Shown: positions 1 to 11,439 of the stretch, in pieces
How positions within the stretch are numbered: position 1 is the stretch's first letter
How the letters are laid out: every line of letters begins with the position of its first letter
Assembly: GCA_965223345.1 (NCBI GenBank)
Contig: CBDCWG010000012.1
Coordinates: 2,336,001 to 2,400,000, forward strand
Source of the DNA: Nitrospinales bacterium
Lineage (GTDB): Bacteria; Nitrospinota; Nitrospinia; Nitrospinales; VA-1
Length of the DNA stretch: 64,000 nt
Direction: 5' to 3'
Position numbers and translations under genes: made by a program
Notes under the pieces: model-generated
What the model was told of the DNA's origin: nothing
Seen by the model: the letters and a program-made list of their open reading frames with translations, nothing else
Databases searched by the model: none

Positions 1-814
1 TAAATATAACTTAGAGCCGCCGGTTATCCGGTTGCCAAATATTCAGCTATTTTTTGCAGGGGGGTTCAGAAGGGCGAAAAGGGGGTATTGATTTGATATT
101 CAATGAATACATGGATTTTTTATAGGCGCTGGAGCGATGACTGAATTGGGTTTGGTGATAAAAATTTTTTTTCACAATTGACCGATCTGCGATGAATCTG
201 TGCGGCGACCCATTGTGCAGGCTGTTTGTGAGTGCGTGTCTGAGGCGAAGAGAATTGAGCTTGCCTGTATTTATCAATCTTGGTTTGAGATTCATGTTGG
301 GGGTTATTGGCAGGCGGTGCGATGGGGGGTCCTGCAATGCTCTCTAGAGGCTCTTGTATGTGAGAGCGTCGATGAAAAAGGTAAAAGTTGTTGTGCCATT
401 GCCGCCTGTTTGTCGTGAATCAAACCTAAAGCAATCTGGGATTGTGCGTGATACCCGATAAATAAGATCCATTGTCAAGGAGAAGGCTGCTGGCTTTTTT
501 GCTGATTGAAAAAAAGCGCCCAAACAGGCAGTGTCAAAAAGTTAATAAAATTGATTTCTGGAATAGAGAGTGAATGTTGATTTTAAGAAATCATCCGTTT
601 GCCCTCTATAATCTATTGAATAGTTTGGTATAAAAAAACATTAAAATATATTAATACTATATAAAATATGGGTGGTATAATGCCCCCAAAATTTTCAGAA
701 TAAATATAAAAATGAGCGCTTTGAGGTGGATTCAGCTGGGCGAGTGATCGTCGTTTCTTGGAGTGGACAGTGGTTGTGAAGATAAACGATGCGTGTGTGT
801 AAGCTCGGTAACCG

Positions 815-2086
815 GTGCTGAAAAAAATACTGGATCACATAGTTTCGTTTGAAATGTGTTTCACCCTCTTTATATTCGCGGGTGTTTATAAAGCCTATCC
901 TCCATACAATGCATTCCCCGTCGATCTCACAGCATTTTTTCTTTCGGTGTCTCTGCTATGGGGGCTCCTTATTTTATGGCAGCGCCGGTTCGAGTTGGTT
1001 GGCAAAAGGATAATCCTGGCATGTATCGGGAGCTTATTTTCTGCATACATTTTATTGTCGTTGATCTGGTCTCCCAGTATTGAATATGGAAATGAGAAGA
1101 CACTGTATGTGACCCTGTTGAATTTGTATTGTCTGTTGGCGTCCTCGTTCGTCATTGCCAGTGAAAGAGAACGCACAAAACGCTTTTTTGTCTGTCTATT
1201 TGTATTCTCGTTGTGGATAGGGGTTGAGGTGTCGCATTGGATTCTACCCACAAGCGATACCAGTGAGATCGACTTTACAAAACAAATCGGTGGGGATGAT
1301 TATCTTCAGATAGGCCGGATCATTGGATTCGGAACCATTCTTGTTTTTGGATATTGTCTCTATTACGCAAGAACATGGGCCTCTCTTTCAATCAGTTTGC
1401 TGTTTATCGCCATTTACTGGTACTCGATGTTTCAAATAGGAGGGCGCGGGCCGCTGTTTGGAACATTTCTGGTTCCGATCCTGTTGCTGGTGATGGTCTT
1501 GTGGATCGTCGTCAAAGGGGAGTATTTAAAGCCGAGAATAAAAAGAGTGGCGGGATTTGTGCTTGGTTTTATCGGTTTGATCGCCATCGGGATTGTGTAT
1601 GGATTCTCCCTTTCAGAACTGCCCAGGAGTTTGGACCGGGTGAGTGTGCTGTTCGAACCCGGGATGGGCAGCTCGGCTGGTATCCGGATGGGATATTACA
1701 TTCAGTCATTTGATATCTGGTCGCAAAGTCCTGTGTTTGGAAACGGGATTGGTAGCTGGCCTTTGATGATGGGATTCGGCGATTCCAGAAACTACCCTCA
1801 TAACATCCTTTTGGAAATCGCCACGGAGCTTGGCCTTGTGGGATTGGCTATCTTTCTCGGAATGATCCTTTTCTGTTTGTATGTGTTGGGCAACGTCAAT
1901 GAAATACTGAAAAACCCAATCAAATGTATCGTGTTCCAGTTATTTGTGTTTTCTTTTTTGAACACTTTATTCAGTGGGGATTTGCATGATAATCGAAGCC
2001 TTTTTTTTATTATGGGTTTGATGAGTTTCGGCAGCCACGGTTATGGTTTCAAGGATGAATATCAAGCATTGATTAAAAATACGTAA
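815..2086 (+). CDS. Wzy-type polysaccharide polymerase / O-antigen ligase-like membrane protein
   Basis: Many hydrophobic segments; GGRG and 'PVFGNGIG...YPHNILLEIATELGLVG' motifs; first gene of the polysaccharide cluster. Confidence 0.8.
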   Translation: MLKKILDHIVSFEMCFTLFIFAGVYKAYPPYNAFPVDLTAFFLSVSLLWGLLILWQRRFELVGKRIILACIGSLFSAYILLSLIWSPSIEYGNEKTLYVTLLNLYCLLASSFVIASERERTKRFFVCLFVFSLWIGVEVSHWILPTSDTSEIDFTKQIGGDDYLQIGRIIGFGTILVFGYCLYYARTWASLSISLLFIAIYWYSMFQIGGRGPLFGTFLVPILLLVMVLWIVVKGEYLKPRIKRVAGFVLGFIGLIAIGIVYGFSLSELPRSLDRVSVLFEPGMGSSAGIRMGYYIQSFDIWSQSPVFGNGIGSWPLMMGFGDSRNYPHNILLEIATELGLVGLAIFLGMILFCLYVLGNVNEILKNPIKCIVFQLFVFSFLNTLFSGDLHDNRSLFFIMGLMSFGSHGYGFKDEYQALIKNT

Positions 2087-2104
2087 TTCAAGGGAGGCCT
2101 CGGT

Positions 2105-4384
2105 TTGTACAATCCAATATTGAATATATTTGATAAGTCCTCAAGCGGAGCTCCAGGTGGAAATATTCTGAGCATCATATTCAGGAGAAAATTTATTCTA
2201 TTGGGAATCATGACGTTGTTTGGATTGGTTGGAGGATTGATCATATTTTTGTCAACGCCTCTCTATCAAGCCGATGCCTTGATCATGATCGGAAAAAACA
2301 ATGTTGCGGGTTTCACTGCCAGAAGGTTCATGGAAAGAGCGTCCCCGATGGAAGAATACTTCAATACTCAATATCGTTTGCTTGGAACACGTTCGATCGC
2401 TGAAACCGTCATTAAAGATTTGAAACTCGCTGAAAATCCGGAATTTGTTGGAGATAAGAAAAAGTTCTCACTATCCAAATTAACGGATTTCGTGTCGGAA
2501 TACTTTGGTGGTTCAAAAAAATTAAAGCCAATTTCCAGTAAAAGCTCGGCGGATCCCAATTATCAGGTCATCCAGGAGTTTTCCAATCGTTTGATACTCA
2601 CACCGCTGCCAAATAGCAGCCTCGTTCGGGTGAGTTTCCGGGGAGAATCTCCCGTTTTGGTTGCCCAGATTGCAAACTCAATTGCCGAGGCGTTCATTTC
2701 CATGAATATCAAGCAAATGAATTCCGGCATGGGGGCGTCCGGCGAATGGATGCGGGCGCGTTTGGATGAATTGAAAGAAAAGATGAATAAATCGCAAGCG
2801 GAGATGAGTGCTTACAGGAAAAGCACTCAGGTCATCGAATTCGAAAAGAACCGCAATATTCTCACCGAAAACCTGAAAGGCACTAACAATGAATCGCGAA
2901 AAGTGCAGGGCGAGATTTTAAAATTCAAGACCATTAAGGAACAGCTGGAAAAGATGGAAGGGGACCCGATTCAGATACTCAAATCTCTTCCTGATTCCGT
3001 CAAAAGTCAAAACATCAATGATTTGTTAAAAAGATACTCAGAAGTCAAAACGGAATACGATAACTCTTCAAAAGTTTACGAAAACAGTCATCCGCAGATG
3101 CAAGCCATGACCAAGGAACTGAACAATATCGAAAGTTCCATTCCGGATGAAATAAAGCTGTTGATCGAATCCTTGGTGATCAAAATCGAAAATGCGGAGA
3201 AGCGGAAAGTCTCTTTGAAGGAAGCGCTGGAAAGAGAAAAAAAAGAGATGATGGATCTTGAGAATCAGAAGATCCGATATGACAGCTTGAAAATGGAGTA
3301 CGACACGAATTCCAAATTGTACAACGATCTGTTGCTTAGAATGAAAGAGGTAGAGATCTCTGCGAAGAACAACCAGGGGGAAGCTGAGATCGTGGATCGC
3401 GCGCAAGTGCCTCAGGATCCCATCAAACCAAAAAAAATGCTCATAATGAGCGTGTTCCTGTTTTTGGGAATGATCGGGGGCAGTGCATTGGTTGTCAGGC
3501 TTGAAAAATACAATAAGACCATAAAATTCGTTGAAGACGTGGAAAAGGATTTTCCCTTTCCGGTGATTGGGGCGGTGAGTGTGGGCGAAGCCGATGAGAT
3601 ACCTTTGCCTATTCAGAACAGAAATTCGGTGATCGCTGAAGAATTTCGAAAAATGCGTACGCGGTTGATGCTCAGTGGATACGATGGCAGCAATAAAATC
3701 GGCGCAAAAAAAATACTCATGATTTCCAGCACCGAGCCGGACGAAGGAAAAAGCATGATTTCCACCAATCTGAGTATCGCATTCACACAGATAGGCAAAA
3801 GAGTGCTCATTATCGATACGGATTTTTCAAAACCCACCGTGCACAACAATTTGAATGCCGAGTTGGAGCCCGGGTTATTGGATTATCTTCGAGGAGAGGG
3901 CGATGCCGATCAATTGATCCAGGAAACCAATATCGAAAACCTTTCGGTGTTGACAGTAGGCGCCATGAAGGATGATTTTGAGGATAACTTTAAACTGGAA
4001 AATTTGAAAAACCTATTCAAGAGCCTCAAAAAGAAATTCGACATCATCATTGTCGATACTCCACCGGCCTTGACCTATTCGTATGTTCCGATAATTGCTC
4101 AGGCGAGCAATGGTGTGTTGTATGTCATCAAAGCCGGGAGAAAGAATACCAAAATGATCAATCGAAGCTTTGGCAACTTACTGCCTTCTGCGCAGAAGAA
4201 AATGCAAAAGAACATTTCCGGGGCAAGTCAAAGCGTCAAGATGATGGAATACTTTATGAACAATTATAAGATCGTTGGAATTGTGCTGAACAAGGCCCAG
4301 TACAAAACCGACGATTATTATGAATATTACCGGAAGTATTCAAAAGATTATTACAACTATAAAAATCAAGTCAATGTGGAGTGA
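2105..4384 (+). CDS. wzc: Polysaccharide co-polymerase / tyrosine autokinase (Wzc/GumC)
   Basis: Two TM helices flanking a coiled coil; Walker A SSTEPDEGKS, Walker A' LIIDTD, Walker B IIVDTPP; Tyr-rich C-terminal tail (YKTDDYYEYYRKYSKDYYNY). Confidence 0.9.
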   Translation: MYNPILNIFDKSSSGAPGGNILSIIFRRKFILLGIMTLFGLVGGLIIFLSTPLYQADALIMIGKNNVAGFTARRFMERASPMEEYFNTQYRLLGTRSIAETVIKDLKLAENPEFVGDKKKFSLSKLTDFVSEYFGGSKKLKPISSKSSADPNYQVIQEFSNRLILTPLPNSSLVRVSFRGESPVLVAQIANSIAEAFISMNIKQMNSGMGASGEWMRARLDELKEKMNKSQAEMSAYRKSTQVIEFEKNRNILTENLKGTNNESRKVQGEILKFKTIKEQLEKMEGDPIQILKSLPDSVKSQNINDLLKRYSEVKTEYDNSSKVYENSHPQMQAMTKELNNIESSIPDEIKLLIESLVIKIENAEKRKVSLKEALEREKKEMMDLENQKIRYDSLKMEYDTNSKLYNDLLLRMKEVEISAKNNQGEAEIVDRAQVPQDPIKPKKMLIMSVFLFLGMIGGSALVVRLEKYNKTIKFVEDVEKDFPFPVIGAVSVGEADEIPLPIQNRNSVIAEEFRKMRTRLMLSGYDGSNKIGAKKILMISSTEPDEGKSMISTNLSIAFTQIGKRVLIIDTDFSKPTVHNNLNAELEPGLLDYLRGEGDADQLIQETNIENLSVLTVGAMKDDFEDNFKLENLKNLFKSLKKKFDIIIVDTPPALTYSYVPIIAQASNGVLYVIKAGRKNTKMINRSFGNLLPSAQKKMQKNISGASQSVKMMEYFMNNYKIVGIVLNKAQYKTDDYYEYYRKYSKDYYNYKNQVNVE

Positions 4385-4430
4385 AAGGTACTTTCATGAG
4401 TTGAAAACGATTGATTTTAGGAATTGATGG

Positions 4431-5936
4431 ATGATTCGGGTCAGCCCTTTTTTAAAGGATTTTTTTCAAACAGGGTTTTCGTCAGTGGTAGTGATGATTT
4501 CCTATGTTTGTGTGTTTCATTTGCTTGCTGCTGGACTGACCGTGGATGATTTTGGCGCCTATTTGATATCGAGAAGATTCATTTCCACATTGTTTCCAGT
4601 GACAACACTCTGTATGGGCATTGCGATAACCCGCTATATATCGATTTCAAATAATGAAGGGGACAAAGATAATATTTTATTTTGCGGGTTTATTTTAGCG
4701 GTCGCTCCCTGTCTCGTCGTTTACTTGTTTGGCATTCTATTTAAAGACGAATTTAGTGAACTGCTGTTTCAATCTGCCTCCTATTCCAATGTATTTTCCG
4801 CATCGTTGTTCTTCTTATTGGGTTACAGCATCTACTCGGTTCTTTATGCCTATTACCGCGGCAACGATCAAATATCGAAGGCCAATTACTGGAACGCATT
4901 GTGCGGGGGAATCCTGCCTTTGATCATCGTGTTCGTTCTTGCTGATCGGGGTGATGCCAGCCTGATTCTATATCTGATAGGGGGATTTTATTATTTCTCC
5001 ATTGTCCCATTGATGCCGAAGATGCTGCGGCATATGCGCCATCTCTTTGCCAACTACTCTGAAGAGATCAAGAAAAATCAAATCTATGAATTGTTTCAAT
5101 ACGGATTGCCGCGGGTGCCTTCCGGAATTCTGATTGCCGGGCTCTTATCGATCGGTCCCTTTTGGGCCTCGTCCATGCTGTCGGTCCGCGAGGGAGGATT
5201 TTTGGCTCTTGCCTTGTCGGTCGTGGGAATGGTGAGTGCGGTCACGCTTCCTATGGGAATCGTCTTGCTGCCAAAGATGGGACGTCTGATGGCAGAAGGA
5301 AAAAAGGAAACCATCCAAAACGGAATCACCGATATCATTTCATTCTCGTTTTATCTGGGTGTGTTTGTCACTTTGCACTTGATCATTTGGGCGGATGAAA
5401 TCGTTAAACTGTGGTTCGGCCCCGAATACAAAGAAGTCGTCTTTTTGATGCGAGTGAGTCTGTTGGCACTCACTCCTTACCTGATATTGACCATGCTGGG
5501 GCCGTGCGTGGACGCTGTTGAACGCAAAGCCATCAACACGCGAAACAACACCATCTCGCTGAGTATTGTGTTTCTGCTGCTGGCCGGTTCTTCGTTATCT
5601 GAACTGGGTTTGCTGGGGGTGAATGTATGCGTGGTATTGGGGTTCGTCATCTCTAGCTGGTTGGCGATTCGGTTTTTGAACAGCCGGTTTGACATCCAGT
5701 TTAAGAAAATTGCATTCGTCAATTGCCTGCTGGTGAATGCTGTTATTTATATGTTGGGCCATATCGGCCGCATCTGGTTTTCAAGCCTGACCACCGGGAA
5801 TGGGTATATCGTTCTTGGAATTGTATTTGAGTTGCTTCTCTTTCTCGGATATTTCGCCATTTTGTGGAAGCAGGAAGTCAGCTGGACGGTCGAAATTGGT
5901 GGGCGAATCATGAAACCGGCTGCCAGTTCCAGCTGA
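4431..5936 (+). CDS. wzx: Oligosaccharide flippase (Wzx/MOP superfamily)
   Basis: 501-aa polytopic membrane protein; 'LTVDDFGAY', 'LFQYGLPRVP' and 'WFGPEY' patterns; cluster context. Confidence 0.8.
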   Translation: MIRVSPFLKDFFQTGFSSVVVMISYVCVFHLLAAGLTVDDFGAYLISRRFISTLFPVTTLCMGIAITRYISISNNEGDKDNILFCGFILAVAPCLVVYLFGILFKDEFSELLFQSASYSNVFSASLFFLLGYSIYSVLYAYYRGNDQISKANYWNALCGGILPLIIVFVLADRGDASLILYLIGGFYYFSIVPLMPKMLRHMRHLFANYSEEIKKNQIYELFQYGLPRVPSGILIAGLLSIGPFWASSMLSVREGGFLALALSVVGMVSAVTLPMGIVLLPKMGRLMAEGKKETIQNGITDIISFSFYLGVFVTLHLIIWADEIVKLWFGPEYKEVVFLMRVSLLALTPYLILTMLGPCVDAVERKAINTRNNTISLSIVFLLLAGSSLSELGLLGVNVCVVLGFVISSWLAIRFLNSRFDIQFKKIAFVNCLLVNAVIYMLGHIGRIWFSSLTTGNGYIVLGIVFELLLFLGYFAILWKQEVSWTVEIGGRIMKPAASSS

Positions 5937-5960
5937 CTCTACTATTAGAAAGAACGCCCT

Positions 5961-6914
5961 GTGAGCGATAACAACCCCCCATACACCCTGGTGTTGACCC
6001 ACGATGTCGATCATTTGTCATTGGCAAAATATCCACTATTTTCCAAAGACACGATTTCGTTTTTCAAAAGAAACCTGTTCAACAATTTGTTGCGCTGCAT
6101 GCAGGGCGAAATTTCGCTGGGGAAATATCTCAATTCCATCAAATGGTGCCTTGTTTATCCCCTTGTCAAGCTGGGAATCCATGAAGATCCATGGGAGAAG
6201 GCGATCATCGATCTGATGGCACTTGAAAAACGATATGGTGTGCGAGCGACCTATTTTTTCATTCCGATGCCATTCAATCCAGGGCATAAATCCAAGGGCG
6301 TTGAGGATGATAAGGGAAGAGAGGCGAGATACGACATCGAAGATCATCGTTCGCTTTTACAAAGAATGCAGGAAGACGGTTTTGAGGCAGGCGTTCACGG
6401 CATCGATGCGCATATCGACACCGAGTCTGCAAAGCAGGAACTGGATCGCTTGAGAAAACTGCTTCCGGATAAAGAAAAAGTCGGCCTTCGGATGCACTGG
6501 TTGTATCAACCGGAGCAACTGTGGCCGAACCTAAGGGAGGCGGGATTTCATTATGATGCCACATATGGCAGTAATCACGAGGTCGGTTTTTATGAGAATC
6601 AATACAGACCTTTTGTCAAGGATGGGATCTGGGTGTTTCCCCTGACCATTATGGACAGCACCTTGATGGGTAATTGGAGGATGAATCTGTCCATCGAGGA
6701 TGCGTGGGAAAAAGTCAAAACGATACTGGATAAAGCCAGGGAAAAAGAGGCCGTGATCACTGTCAATTGGCACACCGATCATTTTTATGTTTTTGACTAC
6801 TGGGGAGAAGTCTACGAACGCTTGCTCAATCAAGCCAAAAGCGATGGCGCCCGGATAGTGAATTGTTCGGATTACTTGGAAGTGGAAGTAAAAAAAGAGA
6901 CAAGCTGCGTTTAA
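5961..6914 (+). CDS. Polysaccharide deacetylase family (CE4-like)
   Basis: LTHDVD, GVHG, RMHWL, YDAT, PLTIMD and NWH motifs. Confidence 0.8.
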   Translation: MSDNNPPYTLVLTHDVDHLSLAKYPLFSKDTISFFKRNLFNNLLRCMQGEISLGKYLNSIKWCLVYPLVKLGIHEDPWEKAIIDLMALEKRYGVRATYFFIPMPFNPGHKSKGVEDDKGREARYDIEDHRSLLQRMQEDGFEAGVHGIDAHIDTESAKQELDRLRKLLPDKEKVGLRMHWLYQPEQLWPNLREAGFHYDATYGSNHEVGFYENQYRPFVKDGIWVFPLTIMDSTLMGNWRMNLSIEDAWEKVKTILDKAREKEAVITVNWHTDHFYVFDYWGEVYERLLNQAKSDGARIVNCSDYLEVEVKKETSCV

Positions 6915-6958
6915 CGGATTCCCGTAAACGCACAGTCGTTGATTTATAGATAGGCTAT

Positions 6959-8368
6959 TTGCATATGCTGGAAATCGCATTGCCAAAAAACTATAACCCG
7001 GAACGGCGTTACATCTGCCAGGTGATGTTCAATGAGTTTCTAGGAATACCCGTTCGCTTTTGTGAGGGTGTTGAACCAAACTGGGTGGTTACAGGAAAAG
7101 ACGGTAAGAAACTCATCATTTCGGATGTGCTGTTCCAATCACCTTTGGAAAACTGGCTCAAGCCGAATTCGCTTCCTGAGAGACCCATCAAGCGAATCGA
7201 CTTGAAAGATACCGTTTTTTCGTCTGTGACGGACTATCCGGATATACCGGTCCTTTATTCTCGGATTAATGGAACCGAATTTTATGAAATAAAACAGAAT
7301 GAAATATCTTTGGCCATAGATATTTTCGGTTCCAGTTTCTTCATGCTCACGCGTTATGAAGAAATCGTGAGTTCCAAGCTCGACGAACATGGAAGATTTC
7401 CATCCAGGGAAACCATCGCCTATCAAGAGGGGTTTTTAGAGCGGCCCCTGGTGAACGAGTATTTGGAAATACTCTGGGTATGCATCGAAAAACTGTGGCC
7501 CGACATGGAAAGAAAGGAAAGAAAGTTTCGGGTTCGTATCAGTCACGATATCGATCGTTCTTTCATGTTTCATTCGATGGATTATGGTCTTTGGATCAAG
7601 TATGTCGCCGGGGATTTGATTTTTCGAAAAAGCCCGGCGCTTGCATGTCAAACGATTAAAAATGGTGTGCTGCGTAAGCTCAATCGATTGAAAAAAGATC
7701 CGTTTGATACGTACGACTGGTTGATGGATATCAGTGAAAAAAATTCAATCCAGAGTGAGTTTTATTTTCTCTGTGGGGGATACGGCAAACGATTCGGCCC
7801 CAATTATAAAATCGATGATGAAAAAATTACGGATCTGTTTCAGCGGATACATTCCCGTGGTCATAAAATCGGCATTCATCCCAGTTATCAGACCTATATC
7901 TATCCGAAGCAACTGGCCCATGAAGTCGAGGCGTTGACGCAGACTCTTGACAAGCTTGGAATCGCCCTCGATGAAATCGGAGGCCGCCAGCATTACTATC
8001 GCTGGCAGAATCCGACCACCTGGCAATTGTGGGAGGACAGCGGTCTGGCTTACGATTCTTCGCTGGCTTTTGAAGAGTACGTCGGTTTTCGCTGTGGAAC
8101 CTGTTATGAGTTTCCGGTTTTTAATTTACACACTTCCTCCGCATTGAGACTGAAGGAGAGACCTTTAGTCATCAATGAAGACACGCTTTTTAACAATGAC
8201 GGGTATCCCGATCTATCGTATGAACAAAAATGCGAAAAAGGTTATGCATTGAAAAAAGCGACGCGAAAATACAATGGCGTGTTTGAAGTGCTATGGCACA
8301 ACGATGGGTTTTACGGGAATGAACGATCGATAGAGTTTTACAAGAATATCCTTCAAAACCAGAATTAG
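6959..8368 (+). CDS. Polysaccharide deacetylase family protein with extra N-terminal domain
   Basis: SHDID, IGIHPSY, GGRQHYYR, GFRCGTC and LWHN motifs; an ATG at 6965 is an alternative start. Confidence 0.8.
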   Translation: MHMLEIALPKNYNPERRYICQVMFNEFLGIPVRFCEGVEPNWVVTGKDGKKLIISDVLFQSPLENWLKPNSLPERPIKRIDLKDTVFSSVTDYPDIPVLYSRINGTEFYEIKQNEISLAIDIFGSSFFMLTRYEEIVSSKLDEHGRFPSRETIAYQEGFLERPLVNEYLEILWVCIEKLWPDMERKERKFRVRISHDIDRSFMFHSMDYGLWIKYVAGDLIFRKSPALACQTIKNGVLRKLNRLKKDPFDTYDWLMDISEKNSIQSEFYFLCGGYGKRFGPNYKIDDEKITDLFQRIHSRGHKIGIHPSYQTYIYPKQLAHEVEALTQTLDKLGIALDEIGGRQHYYRWQNPTTWQLWEDSGLAYDSSLAFEEYVGFRCGTCYEFPVFNLHTSSALRLKERPLVINEDTLFNNDGYPDLSYEQKCEKGYALKKATRKYNGVFEVLWHNDGFYGNERSIEFYKNILQNQN

Positions 8369-8414
8369 ACGAGCAACGTTTCAATTCTGATATCAGCTCG
8401 ATAAGGCGATATAT

Positions 8415-10307
8415 ATGTGTGGTATTGCAGGAATCGCAACGCTTAAAAAAGAGATGGATGTTTCCACCCGAATCCAGCGGATGATGGCGGTTCAATCGCA
8501 CCGTGGGCCAGACGGTGAGGGGCAGTGGATTGGAAACTGTGGTGAAAGTCTGGTCGCTTTGGGCCACACTCGATTGGCCATATTGGACCTGTCGATAGCG
8601 GGAAAACAACCCATTCAATCCGATTGCGGAAGGCATATTCTGATTTACAACGGTGAAATTTACAATTTCAAAGAGTTGAGGCAAGAGCTTGAGGCTGCAG
8701 GAGCTGTCTTTCGCACTCAATGCGATACGGAAGTGGTATTGCAATCCCTGCTTCATTGGGGCGTGGAAAGTTTTGCAAAATTCAATGGAATGTGGGCGCT
8801 TGCCTGGCTGGATAAGAAAACAGGGGAACTGCTTCTATCCCGGGATCGCTTTGGCGTGAAGCCGTTATACTTTTGCAAGGATGATGACGAACTGTATTTT
8901 GCTTCTGAAATAAAAACCATTTTAAAAGGGAAGGCTGAAAAAGTATCTATCAATTATTCCGCTGCGGGACGCTATTTGAGACAGACCCTGTTGGATGCTC
9001 AAGGCGAAACCTTTTTTGAAGGGATTCGGCGTCTGCTGCCAGGTCATCTGCTGCGGATCAATCTGAAAGATGGGTGGAGAAACGATCTGTCGATCGAATG
9101 CTTTTGGAAGATCCCCGAGGAAGAGACGCTCAACGGCAGCAACGGATCGCGAAAAAAGTTGATTGAAGAAATACGGGAAACCTTTGTGGATGCCGTTCGA
9201 TTGCGGCTGAGAAGCGATGTCCCTGTGGGTGTGTTGTTGTCTGGTGGAATCGACTCCTCCAGCATCGCTTCCGCAATGAATGAAATATTGGGAAAAAATG
9301 GCGAGTGGCATATTTTATCCGCTGTCAGCGACAACCCCAATTACGATGAACAGGTCTACATCGATAATGTCGGCGAATATCTCGGAAAGAAAATAGAGAA
9401 GATCCCGCTCCATTTCCAGCTGGATTCGATATTCAAGTTGTTGGAAGAAGTGTGCTGGGTTAACGATGAACCAGTCGGTTCTCTTTCCAACATCGCTCAT
9501 TATCTCATCATGCAACGCGCCAAGGAGCTTGGGATCACGGTGCTCTTGAGTGGCCAGGGGGCTGATGAATTGCTTTGCGGTTATCGCAAATATCTTGGGT
9601 TTTACCTTCAAGGTTTGTTGAAAGATGGGCAGTATTTAAAAGCAGGAAAGGTGTTTGAGAGATTCGTGAGCCGTAGGACCATCGTCTCACAATTCGCATT
9701 CCGCGAAGCCAAAAGGTATCTACCTGGATTTTTAAAATACGGTGAAGTGAATGCACTCGGTCCCCGATTGAAAGAATATGCGGGCGATTTGAATGTGGGG
9801 TTGGGCAACAAGACCCTCATTCAGCGTCAAATTGCCGATTACGAACATTTCTCCATTCCTGCATTAACGCATTATGAGGATCGGATGTCGATGTCGATGT
9901 CCCGGGAAATCCGTTTTCCATTTTTGGATTATCGATTGGTCAATCTCATTATGCCGCTGCCCCCAGAATATAAACTGCACGACGGTTGGACCAAGTGGGC
10001 GTTCCGAAAAGCTATGGAAGGCCACCTTCCGGAAGAAATTGTCTGGAGAAAAGACAAGCAGGGGTTTATCAACCCGCAAGAGGAATGGTTCAAATATCAA
10101 TTGAAGGAAAAAATTGAAGGCATTTTCAATGGATCTTTGCTCGTCGAAGACGCCGGGTTGATCGACCGGGAAAAAATAAAACAGAAATACGGTGATTACC
10201 GGCGACAATCCGCAAATCGGGGAACGGTTTCTTTTGCAGACATATTCAATGTCGTCGCTCTCGAATTCTGGATGCGAAGGTACGAGGACTGGCTTTCTCT
10301 TTCATGA
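8415..10307 (+). CDS. asnB: Asparagine synthase (glutamine-hydrolysing)-like amidotransferase, probably for sugar amidation
   Basis: MCGIAG Ntn start, HRGPDG, NGEIYN, RDRFGVKPL, LSGGIDSS, SGQGADE. Confidence 0.92.
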   Translation: MCGIAGIATLKKEMDVSTRIQRMMAVQSHRGPDGEGQWIGNCGESLVALGHTRLAILDLSIAGKQPIQSDCGRHILIYNGEIYNFKELRQELEAAGAVFRTQCDTEVVLQSLLHWGVESFAKFNGMWALAWLDKKTGELLLSRDRFGVKPLYFCKDDDELYFASEIKTILKGKAEKVSINYSAAGRYLRQTLLDAQGETFFEGIRRLLPGHLLRINLKDGWRNDLSIECFWKIPEEETLNGSNGSRKKLIEEIRETFVDAVRLRLRSDVPVGVLLSGGIDSSSIASAMNEILGKNGEWHILSAVSDNPNYDEQVYIDNVGEYLGKKIEKIPLHFQLDSIFKLLEEVCWVNDEPVGSLSNIAHYLIMQRAKELGITVLLSGQGADELLCGYRKYLGFYLQGLLKDGQYLKAGKVFERFVSRRTIVSQFAFREAKRYLPGFLKYGEVNALGPRLKEYAGDLNVGLGNKTLIQRQIADYEHFSIPALTHYEDRMSMSMSREIRFPFLDYRLVNLIMPLPPEYKLHDGWTKWAFRKAMEGHLPEEIVWRKDKQGFINPQEEWFKYQLKEKIEGIFNGSLLVEDAGLIDREKIKQKYGDYRRQSANRGTVSFADIFNVVALEFWMRRYEDWLSLS

Positions 10308-10321
10308 GGGAATTCTGAAAA

Positions 10322-11431
10322 GTGAAAAACAAGATATGCATTCTCACCAGTGTCCATTCCGCTTTTGACGATCGGATATTCCACAAACAGGCCAAATCCA
10401 TTGTGAAAAATGGCTATCAGGCTGTATTGATTGCGCCACATAAACAAGCCGAACAAGTCGATGGAGTGAACATCGTTCCCTTGAAAATTCGAAAAAACAG
10501 GCTGTCCCGATTGATATTTTCTAACATTGAGCTACTGAAAAAGGCAATCGATGAAAACGCGGCCGTGTATCACTTTCACGATCCGGAAATCATTCCCATC
10601 GGTCTGGTGCTCAAATTGCTAAACAAAAAAGTGGTTTACGATATCCACGAAGATGTGCCCAGGGATGTCATGGAAAAAGGGTGGATCCCGCTCTTTTTGA
10701 GAGGAATGGTTTCGAAAAGTATCGATTGGCTGGAACATTTTGCCGGCAGGCGTTTTGACGGCATGCTGGGGGCCACGCCATATATTGCGAAGCGATTTGG
10801 CGGTTCTGATATTCGCAATGTGATGTCGGTTTGCAATTATCCCATGTTGGAAGAATTCAGCCGCAAGAATGGACACAACGGAAGTTCTGATAAGCCTGTC
10901 TGCTACGTGGGAGGAATCACGGAGGCGAGAGGGATTCGCGAGATGATCGGTTCTGTGTCCAGGACGAATTTACGATTGAGCCTCGCTGGCGTGTTCCATC
11001 CGGAAGAACTGAAAGGCGAAGTGCAAACTCAACTCGGGTGGGACAAAGTGGACGAGAAAGGTTTCCTGGATAGAGGCCAAGTCGCAGATCTTCTCTCAAA
11101 TTCATTGGCCGGCCTGGTCATCCTGCATCCGACCACCAGTTACCAATATTCCTATCCCATCAAATTATTCGAATACATGGCAGCGGGTATTCCCTTTATC
11201 GCCTCTGATTTTCCAGTCTGGCGGGAATTGGTCAAAGGGGTGAAATGCGGTCTGTTTGTGAATCCTTTGGACCAGAAAGATATCGCCAAGGCGATTCAAT
11301 ATCTGGCGGATCATCCGGATGAAGCCAGGCTTATGGGAGAACGAGGCCGGAAACTCATTGAAGAGAAATACAACTGGAAGGTGGAGGAGGAGAAAATCCT
11401 GAAACTGTATGCGCATTTGCAGCAAAATTAG
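10322..11431 (+). CDS. Glycosyltransferase family 4
   Basis: TSVH...DDRIF, HFHDPE, PIKLFEYMAAGIP. Confidence 0.9.
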   Translation: MKNKICILTSVHSAFDDRIFHKQAKSIVKNGYQAVLIAPHKQAEQVDGVNIVPLKIRKNRLSRLIFSNIELLKKAIDENAAVYHFHDPEIIPIGLVLKLLNKKVVYDIHEDVPRDVMEKGWIPLFLRGMVSKSIDWLEHFAGRRFDGMLGATPYIAKRFGGSDIRNVMSVCNYPMLEEFSRKNGHNGSSDKPVCYVGGITEARGIREMIGSVSRTNLRLSLAGVFHPEELKGEVQTQLGWDKVDEKGFLDRGQVADLLSNSLAGLVILHPTTSYQYSYPIKLFEYMAAGIPFIASDFPVWRELVKGVKCGLFVNPLDQKDIAKAIQYLADHPDEARLMGERGRKLIEEKYNWKVEEEKILKLYAHLQQN

Positions 11432-11439
11432 AAGAAAGC

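Noticed and set aside
47..418. Short ORFs at the window start
   Set aside because: No motifs or convincing SD; probably part of the upstream regulatory region
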